Below are positions 8,522 through 17,636 of a DNA stretch of 64,000 bases, piece after piece. A program made the translations under genes and the position numbers. Origin of the DNA: Gemmatimonadales bacterium (GTDB lineage: Bacteria; Gemmatimonadota; Gemmatimonadetes; Gemmatimonadales; GWC2-71-9); NCBI GenBank assembly GCA_044869265.1, contig JBIOXD010000005.1, positions 4,684 to 68,683 on the forward strand, in the 5' to 3' direction. The notes under the pieces are model-generated. The model saw only the letters and a list, made by a program, of their open reading frames with translations. It had not been told where the DNA came from and did not search any database. Numbering within the stretch: position 1 is the first letter of the stretch; every line of letters begins with the position of its first letter.

Positions 8522-9709
8522 CTAATCTCCAAGTTTCCTAGCAAATCCGACGATTCGATCCAGGGCCTGGCGAATCGAATCTGTCGCCGCCGCGTAAGAG
8601 AGTCGCACCCACCTATCGTCCCCAAAGGCCGCTCCGGGAACAAGCGCGACGCCGGTTTGCGTGATGAGTCTCGTGCAGAAGTCCGTTCCAGTGATGCTCC
8701 CAAACGAATCGACTCTAAAGAAGAAGTAGAACGCGCCGAGCGGGTCGACGAACTCGACCCCCGGCAGGTCCTGACGAAAACGGGCGACGACGATGTCGCG
8801 GCGCTTGCGAAACTCCGCGACCATCCGGTTGACGTCTTGCTCGACGCGCTCGTCGCCGAGCGCGGCTGCGGCAGCGAACTGTGCCGGGTGGTTCGCACCG
8901 GTAGTCGTGTGCGACTGCAACGCCGCCATCGCTTTCGCGATCTTGGCCGGCGCCAGCGCGAACCCGATGCGCCACCCTGTCATCGCGTACGTCTTGCTGA
9001 CGCCGGTGATGAGGACGACGCGCTCGAGCAAATCGTCGGGAAGATCGAGGAACGACGGCGCAGGCCCGGTACCGTAGTGGATACGGCGGTAGATCTCATC
9101 CGCGATCACCCAGACCTTGCGTGCCTTCGCCCACTGCGCGATCGCCCGGATCTCGGCATGCGTATAGACCGCGCCGGTCGGATTGCAGGGGGAGCAGAGA
9201 ATCAATCCGCTCGCTCCCGGCAGCATCCGCTCGAGGTCCTTGACGCTCGCTTTGAGGCTCCACTCCGGATCCCCCGTGACCATCACCGGGCGGGCACGGG
9301 TGAGATGGACGATCTGCGGATACGACACCCACGCCGGCGCGGGGATCGCGACGACATCTCCAGGACCGAACAGGGTGAAACAGGCGTTGAACAGCGATTG
9401 CTTGGAGCCATTGGACACAACAATGTGGTCCGCGTTGACCGGGCGGCCGCCCGACAGAAGCGATAGATGTGTGGCGGCCGCCGCGCGCAGCTCGAGAATT
9501 CCCTCGTTCGCGGAATAGTGCGTCTTACCGTCTTTGATCGCGCGAATGCCCGCCTCGGCGGGAACCGCCGGGGTCGGAAAATCGGGCTCACCCGCGCCGA
9601 GGTCGATCACATCCTCGCCCGCGGCCTTGCGGCGCTTGGCCTCGGCGGAGATGGCGATCGTGGCTGACGTCTCGAGGTGCTGCAGATTGGCGGACAGACC
9701 CTCAATCAT
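8522..9709 (-). CDS. Pyridoxal-phosphate-dependent aminotransferase, class I (aspartate aminotransferase-like)
   Basis: SKTYAMTGWRIGF Lys-PLP motif and overall class I fold signature. ATGA overlap with the upstream peptidase gene. Confidence 0.9.
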   Translation of the reverse strand: MIEGLSANLQHLETSATIAISAEAKRRKAAGEDVIDLGAGEPDFPTPAVPAEAGIRAIKDGKTHYSANEGILELRAAAATHLSLLSGGRPVNADHIVVSNGSKQSLFNACFTLFGPGDVVAIPAPAWVSYPQIVHLTRARPVMVTGDPEWSLKASVKDLERMLPGASGLILCSPCNPTGAVYTHAEIRAIAQWAKARKVWVIADEIYRRIHYGTGPAPSFLDLPDDLLERVVLITGVSKTYAMTGWRIGFALAPAKIAKAMAALQSHTTTGANHPAQFAAAAALGDERVEQDVNRMVAEFRKRRDIVVARFRQDLPGVEFVDPLGAFYFFFRVDSFGSITGTDFCTRLITQTGVALVPGAAFGDDRWVRLSYAAATDSIRQALDRIVGFARKLGD

Positions 9710-10878
9710 CGCGGAATCGCTCCATGGCGTTTCAGGATCGTGATCGTGGAGTCCACCGGCAGGGGCCGCACAACGCCACGATAGCCCCGAACCGTCTCGG
9801 CCCGCAATAAGGAATTGTCGATTGCCTCTTCAGTGGCGTCGATGACGGCTTGGAATAATCCGGACATCGCGTCGTTGCGGACGAGCGCGACGGTGTCCGT
9901 CTGGCGGTCGACGGCGGACGAGGTCGGGCGAGGGCGGGCCGTGGAGAACGCGATGACATAGTCCCCGCTGCCGTTGCTCATCGAGCTACCGGTGCGCGCG
10001 AGGCCCGCGAGCGCGCGACTCGCAAGGCGACGCAACCGGAGATGATCCAGCGGGGCGTCGGTCGCGACGACGATGATGATGGACCCGTCGCCGTGTTGTG
10101 GCGCGGGCGGCGCGGGCGGCGCGGGCGGAGCGGGCTGCGCCCCTGCCTTTATCTCGATCGGCACACCACCGATGCGCAGGTTCCCACCGTAATTCGTCTG
10201 CACCAGCACCCCCACAGTCCAACCGCCCTGCTGCTGGACGAGCTTCCGGCTCGAAGTGCCAATCCCCCCCTTCCATCCGAAGGCGACCGTTCCCCGTCCC
10301 GCACCGACCGCGCCTTCCGCCACCGGTCCGTCGGCGGCTCCACGAATCGCGCTGAGCACGTCGGCTTCGGTAATGGGGCGCGCGCGGATGTTGTTCAGGT
10401 AGCCGTCGTTCGTCTCGGCGACCACGGGGTTTGCCGAGCGCACGTCCTCGTTATTCGGGAGGCCGAGTAGCCATGTGAGTACGGCGTCGGCCGCGCGCGG
10501 CACGCACAGCGTGCACGTGAGCACGATCGGTGATTCCAGCTCTCCCAGCTCGTTCACCTGCGTGGAGCCGGCGAGTTTGCCGAACCCGTTCCCCACGACG
10601 ATTGCCGCGGGCACCTTCTCACGGAACGGATTGCCGCCGTGTGGCAGAATTGCGGTGATGCCCGTATTGATCGAATCGCCGCGCGCGATTGTTGTATGAC
10701 CCACGCGCACACCGGCGACATCGGTGATTGCGTTCAGAGGACCTGGAGGGATGGAGCCGATGATGATGCCGATGTCGCGGGCGCGGGGCCGTGGATTCTG
10801 AGCTGGTAGAGAGAAGCTGAGTCCCAGCAGGAATCCACACGCTAAAGCGTGGGCGCCGAACCTTGGATCGGTTGCCAT
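9706..10878 (-). CDS. P1/S58 (DmpA/BapA-like) self-processing aminopeptidase, secreted
   Basis: Track ORF 9706..11082, start moved to MATDPRFGAHALACGFLLGLSF (signal peptide). GITAILPHGG, GGIGTSS and the DGSIIIVVATDAPL processing-site motif. Confidence 0.85.
   Translation of the reverse strand: MATDPRFGAHALACGFLLGLSFSLPAQNPRPRARDIGIIIGSIPPGPLNAITDVAGVRVGHTTIARGDSINTGITAILPHGGNPFREKVPAAIVVGNGFGKLAGSTQVNELGELESPIVLTCTLCVPRAADAVLTWLLGLPNNEDVRSANPVVAETNDGYLNNIRARPITEADVLSAIRGAADGPVAEGAVGAGRGTVAFGWKGGIGTSSRKLVQQQGGWTVGVLVQTNYGGNLRIGGVPIEIKAGAQPAPPAPPAPPAPQHGDGSIIIVVATDAPLDHLRLRRLASRALAGLARTGSSMSNGSGDYVIAFSTARPRPTSSAVDRQTDTVALVRNDAMSGLFQAVIDATEEAIDNSLLRAETVRGYRGVVRPLPVDSTITILKRHGAIPR
10101..10136. 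repeat. 9-nt tandem repeat x4 (gcgcgggcg-type) inside the S58 peptidase CDS
   Basis: gcgcgggcg gcgcgggcg gcgcgggcg gagcgggct on the plus strand encodes PAPPAPPAPPAP on the minus strand. Confidence 0.85.
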
Positions 10879-10964
10879 TCTCCGTCCGGGAAAGTACCAT
10901 CCTCCAACACGAATCGCATTTGACAATCGAGGCGCGTGTGAAGGGTGAACGGAGTCGGCACACA

Positions 10965-12146
10965 ATGTTCGTAGTGCCCCCCGCGCTCGAGCGGGTGGGT
11001 AAGGCGTGGGAGCTGATCGATTCCCGCGCAGTCGTGGTTTGTGCTGACTATGAGCACGCCAGCCTCTGGGCCGACGCCGCACCGCCCGAATACCGCGCTC
11101 ACCCTGTCACAGGCCTCACCCGCACCGCAGCTCTTCTTAAGGAAGGCCGGGTCGGTCTCCTCGCAGGCTCCGCGGCGGATCTCGCGGCACTCGTCGCGCG
11201 TGCCGCGCTCAAGCTGGAAACCGTCGAGACGATCGTGATCGCCTGGCCGGAGAGTTTCGCCGATCAGTTGGACGCGCTGCTGGCCGAGGCCCCAAACGCC
11301 CGTCGTGTAATTCTGAGCTGGAATCCGCCGGCGCTTTCCGAGTTTCTCGAGCGCCACGGCCGTCGCGCCGAAGTCATCGGCGACATGCCGCTCGATCCAG
11401 ACGGGAAGCCACTGGGCCCCGTGGGGTCCGCGCAGTACGCGGTGATCACGTCACAGCGTCGCGATAGCGCCGTGCGGGAGGTGCTGGACACCCTGCGGGC
11501 CACGCGGCCGTACGTCTGGCGCGGTGGCGACCTCACACCGCCGCAGGATGCTGATGTCCTGGTGGCAGCGGCGCTGCCGTCCCGCACTGAGATGCAGGCG
11601 CTGATCGCGCCGGGAATTCAAGCGGTCGCGCTCGTTCTCGCCGCCCAAGTGCCGTATCTCAGATCGATTGCCGCGCTCACTCCATTGCCTCTCAGTGCAG
11701 CGGTGGACCGCGCACAGGATCGTGGCGCCGCATTGCGCGCGCTGATCGCGGAACGCCTGGCGCGTGGCGATGTGGATGCGGAGCTGGCGATGTTGGCGCC
11801 GCTGTTCGAAGCGCACGACGCCGCGCTCGTCGCCGGAGCACTCCTCGCTCTTCAACGAGACACGACAAACGAGAAACAGGAAGCGGACACGCCGCCGACG
11901 CAAAGCCCCGGCTGGGTCCGACTGTTTGTCACCGCAGGCACCAAGGATCGGGCAAGCGCAAGGGACCTGGTTGGAGCATTGATCAAGGAAGCCGGCTTGC
12001 AGAAAGGGCAGATCGGCAAGATCGACGTGCGGGAAACATTTTCGCTGGTCGATGTCGCGCCAGGCGTCGCTGAGCAGGCCGCGCGGCGACTCTCCGGGGT
12101 GTCGATCCGCGGACGACGCGTCACCGCACGTCCTGATCGCGCCTAA
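10965..12146 (+). CDS. DbpA-type RNA-binding domain protein with a degenerate DEAD-box helicase-like core
   Basis: Track ORF 10863..12146, start moved to MFVVPP. The C-terminus WVRLFVTAGTKDRASARDLVGALIKEAGLQKGQIGKIDVRETFSLVDV is a DbpA/CsdA-type RBD. The N-terminal two thirds align in order with helicase motifs but lack the P-loop and DEAD box. Confidence 0.7.
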   Translation: MFVVPPALERVGKAWELIDSRAVVVCADYEHASLWADAAPPEYRAHPVTGLTRTAALLKEGRVGLLAGSAADLAALVARAALKLETVETIVIAWPESFADQLDALLAEAPNARRVILSWNPPALSEFLERHGRRAEVIGDMPLDPDGKPLGPVGSAQYAVITSQRRDSAVREVLDTLRATRPYVWRGGDLTPPQDADVLVAAALPSRTEMQALIAPGIQAVALVLAAQVPYLRSIAALTPLPLSAAVDRAQDRGAALRALIAERLARGDVDAELAMLAPLFEAHDAALVAGALLALQRDTTNEKQEADTPPTQSPGWVRLFVTAGTKDRASARDLVGALIKEAGLQKGQIGKIDVRETFSLVDVAPGVAEQAARRLSGVSIRGRRVTARPDRA

Positions 12147-12182
12147 AGAAAAATGGGCAGTCCCAGCGGGACGGCCCATTTG
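12147..12182. terminator. Bidirectional intrinsic terminator between convergent genes
   Basis: aaatgggc (12151-58) pairs perfectly with gcccattt (12174-81). Inner stem gtccc/gggac with loop agc. A-run on the 5' side and T-run on the 3' side. Confidence 0.6.
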
Positions 12183-12203
12183 ACCGACGGCGGACGTTGG
12201 CGG

Positions 12204-12494
12204 CTACTTCTTGTTGTTCACCGCGAGCTTGAGCTGCTTCCCCGCACGGAACGCCGGCGCGATCGACGCCTTGATCTGAATGACGCCACCCGTCTTCGGA
12301 TTGCGTCCCATTCTCGCGGCGCGCTTGCGCGCTTCGAAGTTGCCGAACCCGGTGATCTGCACCTTCGAGCCCTTCTTCAATTCGACAGCGATGATGCCCT
12401 TGTCGTCGAAGAGCGCTTCGATCGTGCGCGTGGCATCAGCCTTCGACATCTTGGTGCGCATGGCCAGGGCGGCGGTGAGTTCAGCCTTGTTCAC
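12204..12494 (-). CDS. hup: HU family DNA-binding protein
   Basis: Track ORF 12204..12737, start moved to the GTG preceded by aaaggag. MNKAELTAALA...ITGFGNFEARKRAARMGRNPKTGGVIQIKAS is canonical HU. Confidence 0.9.
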   Translation of the reverse strand: MNKAELTAALAMRTKMSKADATRTIEALFDDKGIIAVELKKGSKVQITGFGNFEARKRAARMGRNPKTGGVIQIKASIAPAFRAGKQLKLAVNNKK

Positions 12495-12590
12495 AGCGAT
12501 CTCCTTTGGGCAGGTGGGCGCGAAAAACCCGCATGAATGCTGGCGAACAGTAGGGTATCCCCCAAAAAACCGCAAGATTCCGCCACTTTC

Positions 12591-12619
12591 TTGACCCCCG
12601 CCCTTCAGGGCACTACAGT
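12591..12619 (+). promoter_or_regulatory. Candidate sigma70-type promoter for tdk
   Basis: TTGACC (12591-96), 17-nt spacer, TACAGT (12614-19). The tdk ATG lies only 8 nt downstream, which implies a leaderless or near-leaderless mRNA. Confidence 0.3.
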
Positions 12620-12627
12620 GAGCCCCC

Positions 12628-13233
12628 ATGTTCCAAGCCACGCGCCCCGGATGGATCGAGGTCATTTCAGGCGTCATGTTCAGTGGTAAGTCGGAGGAGC
12701 TCATCCGGCGCGTGCGCCGCGCGGTCATCGCCCGCAAGCGCGTGCAAGTCTTTAAATCGCACCTAGATGCGCGTTACGCCGGACTGTTCTCCGTTTCGTC
12801 GCATGATGGGGTCACCGTCGAAGCCGAGCCTGTCGACTCCGCCGAGGAAATCGCGCGCCGGCTGCGGCCCGATATCGAAGTCGTGGCCGTTGACGAAGCC
12901 CAATTTCTCGACGACGGTATCGTCGAAACCGCAAACCGTCTCGCAAACGATGGCGTACGCGTTATCCTCGCAGGCACCGATGTCGATTTTCGCGGACTCC
13001 CCTTCGGCCCGATGCCGACGCTCATGTGCATAGCCGAAGTCGTGGACAAGTTCCAGGCGATCTGCGTGGTGTGCGGCGGCTCGGCGACGCGCAATCAACG
13101 ACTCGTGAACGGCAAACCGGCGCCGTGGGATAGTCCGACGATCATGGTGGGGGGCAGGGAGAGCTATGAAGCTCGCTGCAGACACTGTCACCGCGTTCCC
13201 AGGCAGGACGAGGATCAGACCGCACTACTGTGA
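12628..13233 (+). CDS. tdk: Thymidine kinase
   Basis: GVMFSGKSEELIRR P-loop and a C-terminal CxxC...CxxC zinc ribbon (CVVCG...CRHCH). Confidence 0.95.
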   Translation: MFQATRPGWIEVISGVMFSGKSEELIRRVRRAVIARKRVQVFKSHLDARYAGLFSVSSHDGVTVEAEPVDSAEEIARRLRPDIEVVAVDEAQFLDDGIVETANRLANDGVRVILAGTDVDFRGLPFGPMPTLMCIAEVVDKFQAICVVCGGSATRNQRLVNGKPAPWDSPTIMVGGRESYEARCRHCHRVPRQDEDQTALL

Positions 13234-13306
13234 GCCGTGCGCCGTGCGCCGTGCGCTGGAAATCGACGTGCAGTCCTGCGCACGGCGAACGGCCTACGGC
13301 GCACGC
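13230..13306. repeat. Heptamer-arm hairpin element (GTGMGCC family), copy 1
   Basis: Left arm gtgagcc gtgcgcc gtgcgcc gtgcgc (13230-56). Right arm gcgcac ggcgaac ggcctac ggcgcac gcc (13278-306). The arms are about 85 percent complementary. The tdk TGA lies in the first heptamer. Confidence 0.8.
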
Positions 13307-13308
13307 CT

Positions 13309-14292
13309 TTGTTAAACGTCGCCCTCACCGGAAACATCGCCGCCGGCAAATCGACGGTCGTCGAGCTCTTCAAGAAATGGGGAGCGACAATCATCGACGC
13401 CGATGCGCTCACTCGTGAAGCGCAGTCACCCGGGAGCGCAGTCCTCGCCGCCATCGCGAAGCGGTTTGGCGCAGACGTGCTCGCTCCCGACGGCAGCCTC
13501 GACCGCGCCGGCCTGCGCGGGAAGGTCATGGGCGATGATCGCGCGCTCAAGGCGCTCAATGCGATCGTGCATCCCGCCGTGCAGCGCCGTCGCACCGAGC
13601 TCCAACAGATCGCGGGCGAACGAGGCGACGCGATCGTGGTCAACGACATCCCACTGCTGTTCGAAGTGCTCGATCCAACGCAGTTCGACGCCGTGGTGCT
13701 CGTCGACGCGCCGGTTTCGATTCGGCGCACGCGACTGCGCACGCTGCGCGCGCTCTCAAATGAAGACGCCGACCGCATGATCGCCGCGCAGATGCCTGCC
13801 GAGCGCAAGCGGGCGCAAAGCCAATACATCGTTGAGAACGCCGGCACCACCGCTGAGCTGGAACAGCGGGCGCTGGCGGTGTTTGCCGAGCTGCGCAAAC
13901 GCGCGGCGCGGGCGGGCGTACGCAGCGAGGCGCCCAGTCAAAGGCTGCTCCTGTGCGCTGCCGACGGGAAAGACACCTCGGTAGCGCTGGATGCGATCGA
14001 CCGACGTTATACCGATGCCGGGATGCGGGTCGAGCGGGTAACGGTGAAGGGATTGGCCAAAGCGCTGCGCGAGGAAACGCCGCTTTCAATCGTGGCAACG
14101 GCCGCGGCCGGCGATAATGCTCGCGAGGCGTGGGAGTCGGCAGTACCGCCGCGGCCATGCCGCTTGTACCACATCTCTCCCGATCCCGATCCCGTCGCCG
14201 TGCGGCTCGATCTGCGGCCGTGGGGTCATGAAAGAATCGTGTTGAGTGAAGAGGACGGCGCGGGGCTGGCGCCCCGAGCCGACCTGTTGTAG
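13309..14292 (+). CDS. coaE: Dephospho-CoA kinase with a ~130-150 aa C-terminal extension of unknown function
   Basis: Track ORF 13237..14292. I prefer the TTG at 13309, which gives MLNVALTGNIAAGKST (CoaE proteins start right at the P-loop). The first 24 track codons are read-through of the heptamer hairpin. Confidence 0.85.
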   Translation: MLNVALTGNIAAGKSTVVELFKKWGATIIDADALTREAQSPGSAVLAAIAKRFGADVLAPDGSLDRAGLRGKVMGDDRALKALNAIVHPAVQRRRTELQQIAGERGDAIVVNDIPLLFEVLDPTQFDAVVLVDAPVSIRRTRLRTLRALSNEDADRMIAAQMPAERKRAQSQYIVENAGTTAELEQRALAVFAELRKRAARAGVRSEAPSQRLLLCAADGKDTSVALDAIDRRYTDAGMRVERVTVKGLAKALREETPLSIVATAAAGDNAREAWESAVPPRPCRLYHISPDPDPVAVRLDLRPWGHERIVLSEEDGAGLAPRADLL

Positions 14293-14303
14293 GCTCCCGT
14301 CCC

Positions 14304-14693
14304 ATGTCCAGCATCCCGAACGAGCTTCGCTTTACAGCCGATCACGAGTGGGTACGGGAGAGCGCCGATCCGCAGGTCGTCGAAGTTGGTATCACCGACT
14401 ACGCGCAGGGCGAGCTGGGCGACGTCGTGTTCGTGGAGTTGCCCAAGACCGGCGCGAGCTACACGCAAAAAGCCGTCTTCGGAACGATTGAAGCGGTGAA
14501 AGCGGTCTCGGAGCTGTACGCGCCGGTCGGCGGGACCATTCTCGAGACAAACAAGGCCCTCGAGCAGGATCCCGCCCTGGTCAACCGCGATCCCTACGGC
14601 CAGGGCTGGATGATCAAAGTGAAGATCACGAACGCCAAAGAATTGGAGGGGCTGCTCCGCGCGGATGCGTATGCGAAGCATATCGGAGAGTGA
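14304..14693 (+). CDS. gcvH: Glycine cleavage system H protein
   Basis: Lipoyl-attachment motif FGTIEAVKAVSELYAPV. Confidence 0.95.
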   Translation: MSSIPNELRFTADHEWVRESADPQVVEVGITDYAQGELGDVVFVELPKTGASYTQKAVFGTIEAVKAVSELYAPVGGTILETNKALEQDPALVNRDPYGQGWMIKVKITNAKELEGLLRADAYAKHIGE

Positions 14694-14711
14694 AAGCGAC
14701 ACTACACGGAC

Positions 14712-17636
14712 ATGCCCGTTGTCCTAGATCCGTCCCATTTTCATAAGATGGCCATCGAACGCGACCTCTTTCACGAACGACATGTCGGCCCCTCCGCCGA
14801 GGAGCAGGCCGCCATGCTGGCCGCGCTCGGCTACGAGTCGCTCGAGAGTTTCATCGACGCGGTCGTCCCGGCAGATATCCGCTTGCGCCAGCCGCTTCGC
14901 ATCCCGGACGCGATCACCGAGCAGGAGGCGCTCGAGCAGCTGCGACTGCTCGCCGCGCAAAACCAGGTCTTCCGGTCCTACCTGGGCATGGGCTATCACG
15001 ACTGTTTCACGCCGACCGTCATTCTGCGGAACGTGTTGGAAAATCCCGGCTGGTATACCGCCTACACCCCCTATCAGGCGGAGATCGCGCAGGGACGGCT
15101 CGAGGCGTTGCTGAACTTCCAGACGATGGTGTCGGATCTCACGGGCCTCGAGATCGCGAATGCTTCGCTGCTCGACGAAGGCACGGCGGCCGCCGAAGCG
15201 ATGCATCTCACCGAAGCGGTGTCAAAGCACGAGGGCCGGCTCAGCTACCTCGTGGATGCGAACTGCCATCCCCAGACGATTGCCGTGGTGCGCACCCGCG
15301 CCGCCGCGCGTGGCCTCGAGACCGTTGTCGCCGATCCCGCACAGTTCGATTTCAAGAAGGGCAATGTGATCGGCGGGTTGGTACAGTACCCAGCGACCGA
15401 CGGCGCCATTCGCAATTTCCGGTCGCTGTGTGAAGCCGCCCACTCGGCGGGTGCGCTCGTGACGGTGGCAACGGACTTGCTCGCGCTCACGTTGCTGACG
15501 CCGCCGGGCGAGTGGGGTGCGGACATCGCCGTCGGGAACTCGCAACGGTTTGGCGTGCCGCTCGGCTACGGCGGTCCGCACGCGGCGTTCTTCGCGACCC
15601 GGGATGAGTACAAGCGCCACCTGCCCGGACGGATCATCGGCGTCTCCAAGGATCGGGCCGGCCGCACCGGCCTGCGCATGGCCCTCCAGACACGCGAACA
15701 ACACATTCGACGCGAGAAAGCAACGAGCAACGTATGCACGGCCCAGGTGTTACTGGCCGTGGTCGCGGCGATGTACGCGGTATACCACGGAGCCGACGGA
15801 CTGCGCCGCATTGCCAGGCGCGTTCACGCGCGCACGGCGGCGCTTGCCACGGCTCTCGATAAGCTCGGCTACAAGCTTGTTTACCCGGAGTTCTTCGACA
15901 CGCTGGCAGTCGAAGTGCCGGCGGAATCTCTGCCGCGGATCATCACCGCGGCCCGCGCCAAGCAAATCAACCTGCGCACGCTGTCACAGACGCGGATTGG
16001 CGTGGCGTTCGATGAAACAGTGACGGAGTCGGATGTTCTCCACGTCGTTGCCGCTTTCGCCACTGGGATTGATGGCGGCGCGCGGCGTAGCGGGGGCGCG
16101 TCGCTCGCAACCGACAAGTCCTTCCTGCCCGAATCGCTGATTCGGACCACCCCGTTCTGCACGCATCCCGTCTTCAACACGCACCACTCTGAGACCGAGA
16201 TGCTGCGGTATCTGAAGCGGCTCGAGGATCGCGACCTCTCGCTCACGTCCGCGATGATCCCGCTCGGCTCGTGCACGATGAAGCTCAATGCCACAACGGA
16301 AATGATTCCGATCACCTGGCGCGGCTTCGGCAGGCTGCATCCATTCGCCCCGCGCGAGCAGGCGCAGGGCTACGCGACGCTGTTCGGCCAGCTCGAGGAA
16401 TGGCTCGCGGAGATCACCGGCTTCGCCAGGGTTTCATTGCAGCCCAACGCGGGCTCTCAGGGCGAGTTCGCGGGACTGCTCGTAATTCGGAAATACCACG
16501 AGCATCGCGGTGAGACGCATCGCACGACGTGCCTGATTCCTCAATCGGCGCACGGCACGAACCCGGCGAGCGCCGTGATGGCGGGGCTGGGGGTCGTGGT
16601 GGTGAAGACGGACGCCCAGGGCAACATCGACGTCGCCGATCTCGAGGCCAAAGCCAAAGAGCACCGCGACACCCTCGGCGCACTGATGGTCACATATCCC
16701 TCGACCCATGGGGTGTTCGAGGCGTCGATCAAGAAGATCTGCCGGATCGTGCACGAAAACGGCGGTCAGGTATACATGGACGGGGCGAACATGAATGCGC
16801 AGGTCGGCTTGTGCCGGCCGGGCGACATCGGCGCCGACGTCTGTCATCTCAACCTGCACAAGACGTTCTGTATCCCGCACGGGGGGGGCGGTCCCGGCAT
16901 GGGCCCGATCGGCGTCGCCGAGCACCTGGTGCGCCATCTGCCGACGCATCCGGTCATCGATGTCGGCATTCCCCTCGCGGACAGTGCCGGAACGGTGTCC
17001 GCCGGTCCCTGGGGCAGTCCCTCCATTCTGCCGATTTCCTGGGCGTACATCGCGATGATGGGACGCGAAGGAATCACGCTCGCGACCAAGGTCGCGATCC
17101 TCAGCGCCAACTACATCGCGCGCCGGCTGCTCGAGGGCGAGCACTACGATCTCCTGTACGCGGGCCAGCACGGCCTTGTCGCACACGAATGCATCATCGA
17201 TACGCGCCCCTTCAAGAGCTCGGCAGGGGTCGATGTGGAGGACATCGCCAAGCGGCTGATCGACTACGGATTCCATCCGCCGACGGTCTCGTTCCCGGTC
17301 GCGGGCACCTTGATGGTCGAGCCCACCGAGAGCGAGCCCAAGGTCGAGCTCGATCGTTTCATCGATGCGCTGATTGCGATTCGTGAAGAGATTCGCGAGA
17401 TCGAGACCGGCGAGGCCGATCGCGAGAACAACCTGCTCAAGCATGCGCCACACCCGCTGGCCGACCTGCTCGTCGACAACTGGGATCGCCCCTATTCTCG
17501 CGAGCGAGCCGGTTTCCCGACTGCTGCCACGCGCGAGCACAAGGTCTGGCCGCCGGTGAGCCGGATCGATGCGGCGTTCGGCGATCGGAACCTGGTATGC
17601 ACCTGTCCGCCGGTGGAGGCGTACGCTACTGTCTGA
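14712..17636 (+). CDS. gcvP: Glycine dehydrogenase (decarboxylating), single-chain P protein
   Basis: 974 aa with full-length GcvP similarity ([19 protein letters not shown] region). An alternative ATG lies at 14748. Confidence 0.95.
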   Translation: MPVVLDPSHFHKMAIERDLFHERHVGPSAEEQAAMLAALGYESLESFIDAVVPADIRLRQPLRIPDAITEQEALEQLRLLAAQNQVFRSYLGMGYHDCFTPTVILRNVLENPGWYTAYTPYQAEIAQGRLEALLNFQTMVSDLTGLEIANASLLDEGTAAAEAMHLTEAVSKHEGRLSYLVDANCHPQTIAVVRTRAAARGLETVVADPAQFDFKKGNVIGGLVQYPATDGAIRNFRSLCEAAHSAGALVTVATDLLALTLLTPPGEWGADIAVGNSQRFGVPLGYGGPHAAFFATRDEYKRHLPGRIIGVSKDRAGRTGLRMALQTREQHIRREKATSNVCTAQVLLAVVAAMYAVYHGADGLRRIARRVHARTAALATALDKLGYKLVYPEFFDTLAVEVPAESLPRIITAARAKQINLRTLSQTRIGVAFDETVTESDVLHVVAAFATGIDGGARRSGGASLATDKSFLPESLIRTTPFCTHPVFNTHHSETEMLRYLKRLEDRDLSLTSAMIPLGSCTMKLNATTEMIPITWRGFGRLHPFAPREQAQGYATLFGQLEEWLAEITGFARVSLQPNAGSQGEFAGLLVIRKYHEHRGETHRTTCLIPQSAHGTNPASAVMAGLGVVVVKTDAQGNIDVADLEAKAKEHRDTLGALMVTYPSTHGVFEASIKKICRIVHENGGQVYMDGANMNAQVGLCRPGDIGADVCHLNLHKTFCIPHGGGGPGMGPIGVAEHLVRHLPTHPVIDVGIPLADSAGTVSAGPWGSPSILPISWAYIAMMGREGITLATKVAILSANYIARRLLEGEHYDLLYAGQHGLVAHECIIDTRPFKSSAGVDVEDIAKRLIDYGFHPPTVSFPVAGTLMVEPTESEPKVELDRFIDALIAIREEIREIETGEADRENNLLKHAPHPLADLLVDNWDRPYSRERAGFPTAATREHKVWPPVSRIDAAFGDRNLVCTCPPVEAYATV

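Noticed and set aside
10838-10851. Palindrome cacgc-taaa-gcgtg of the CTT(A/T)AG class inside the S58 peptidase signal-peptide codons
   Set aside because: It is a single 14-nt palindrome within a CDS, encoding AHALAC. It cannot be distinguished from chance without a genome-wide model, so I note it only as a possible extra copy.
14293-14303. Glycine riboswitch upstream of gcvH
   Set aside because: Only 11 nt separate coaE from gcvH, which leaves no room for an aptamer.
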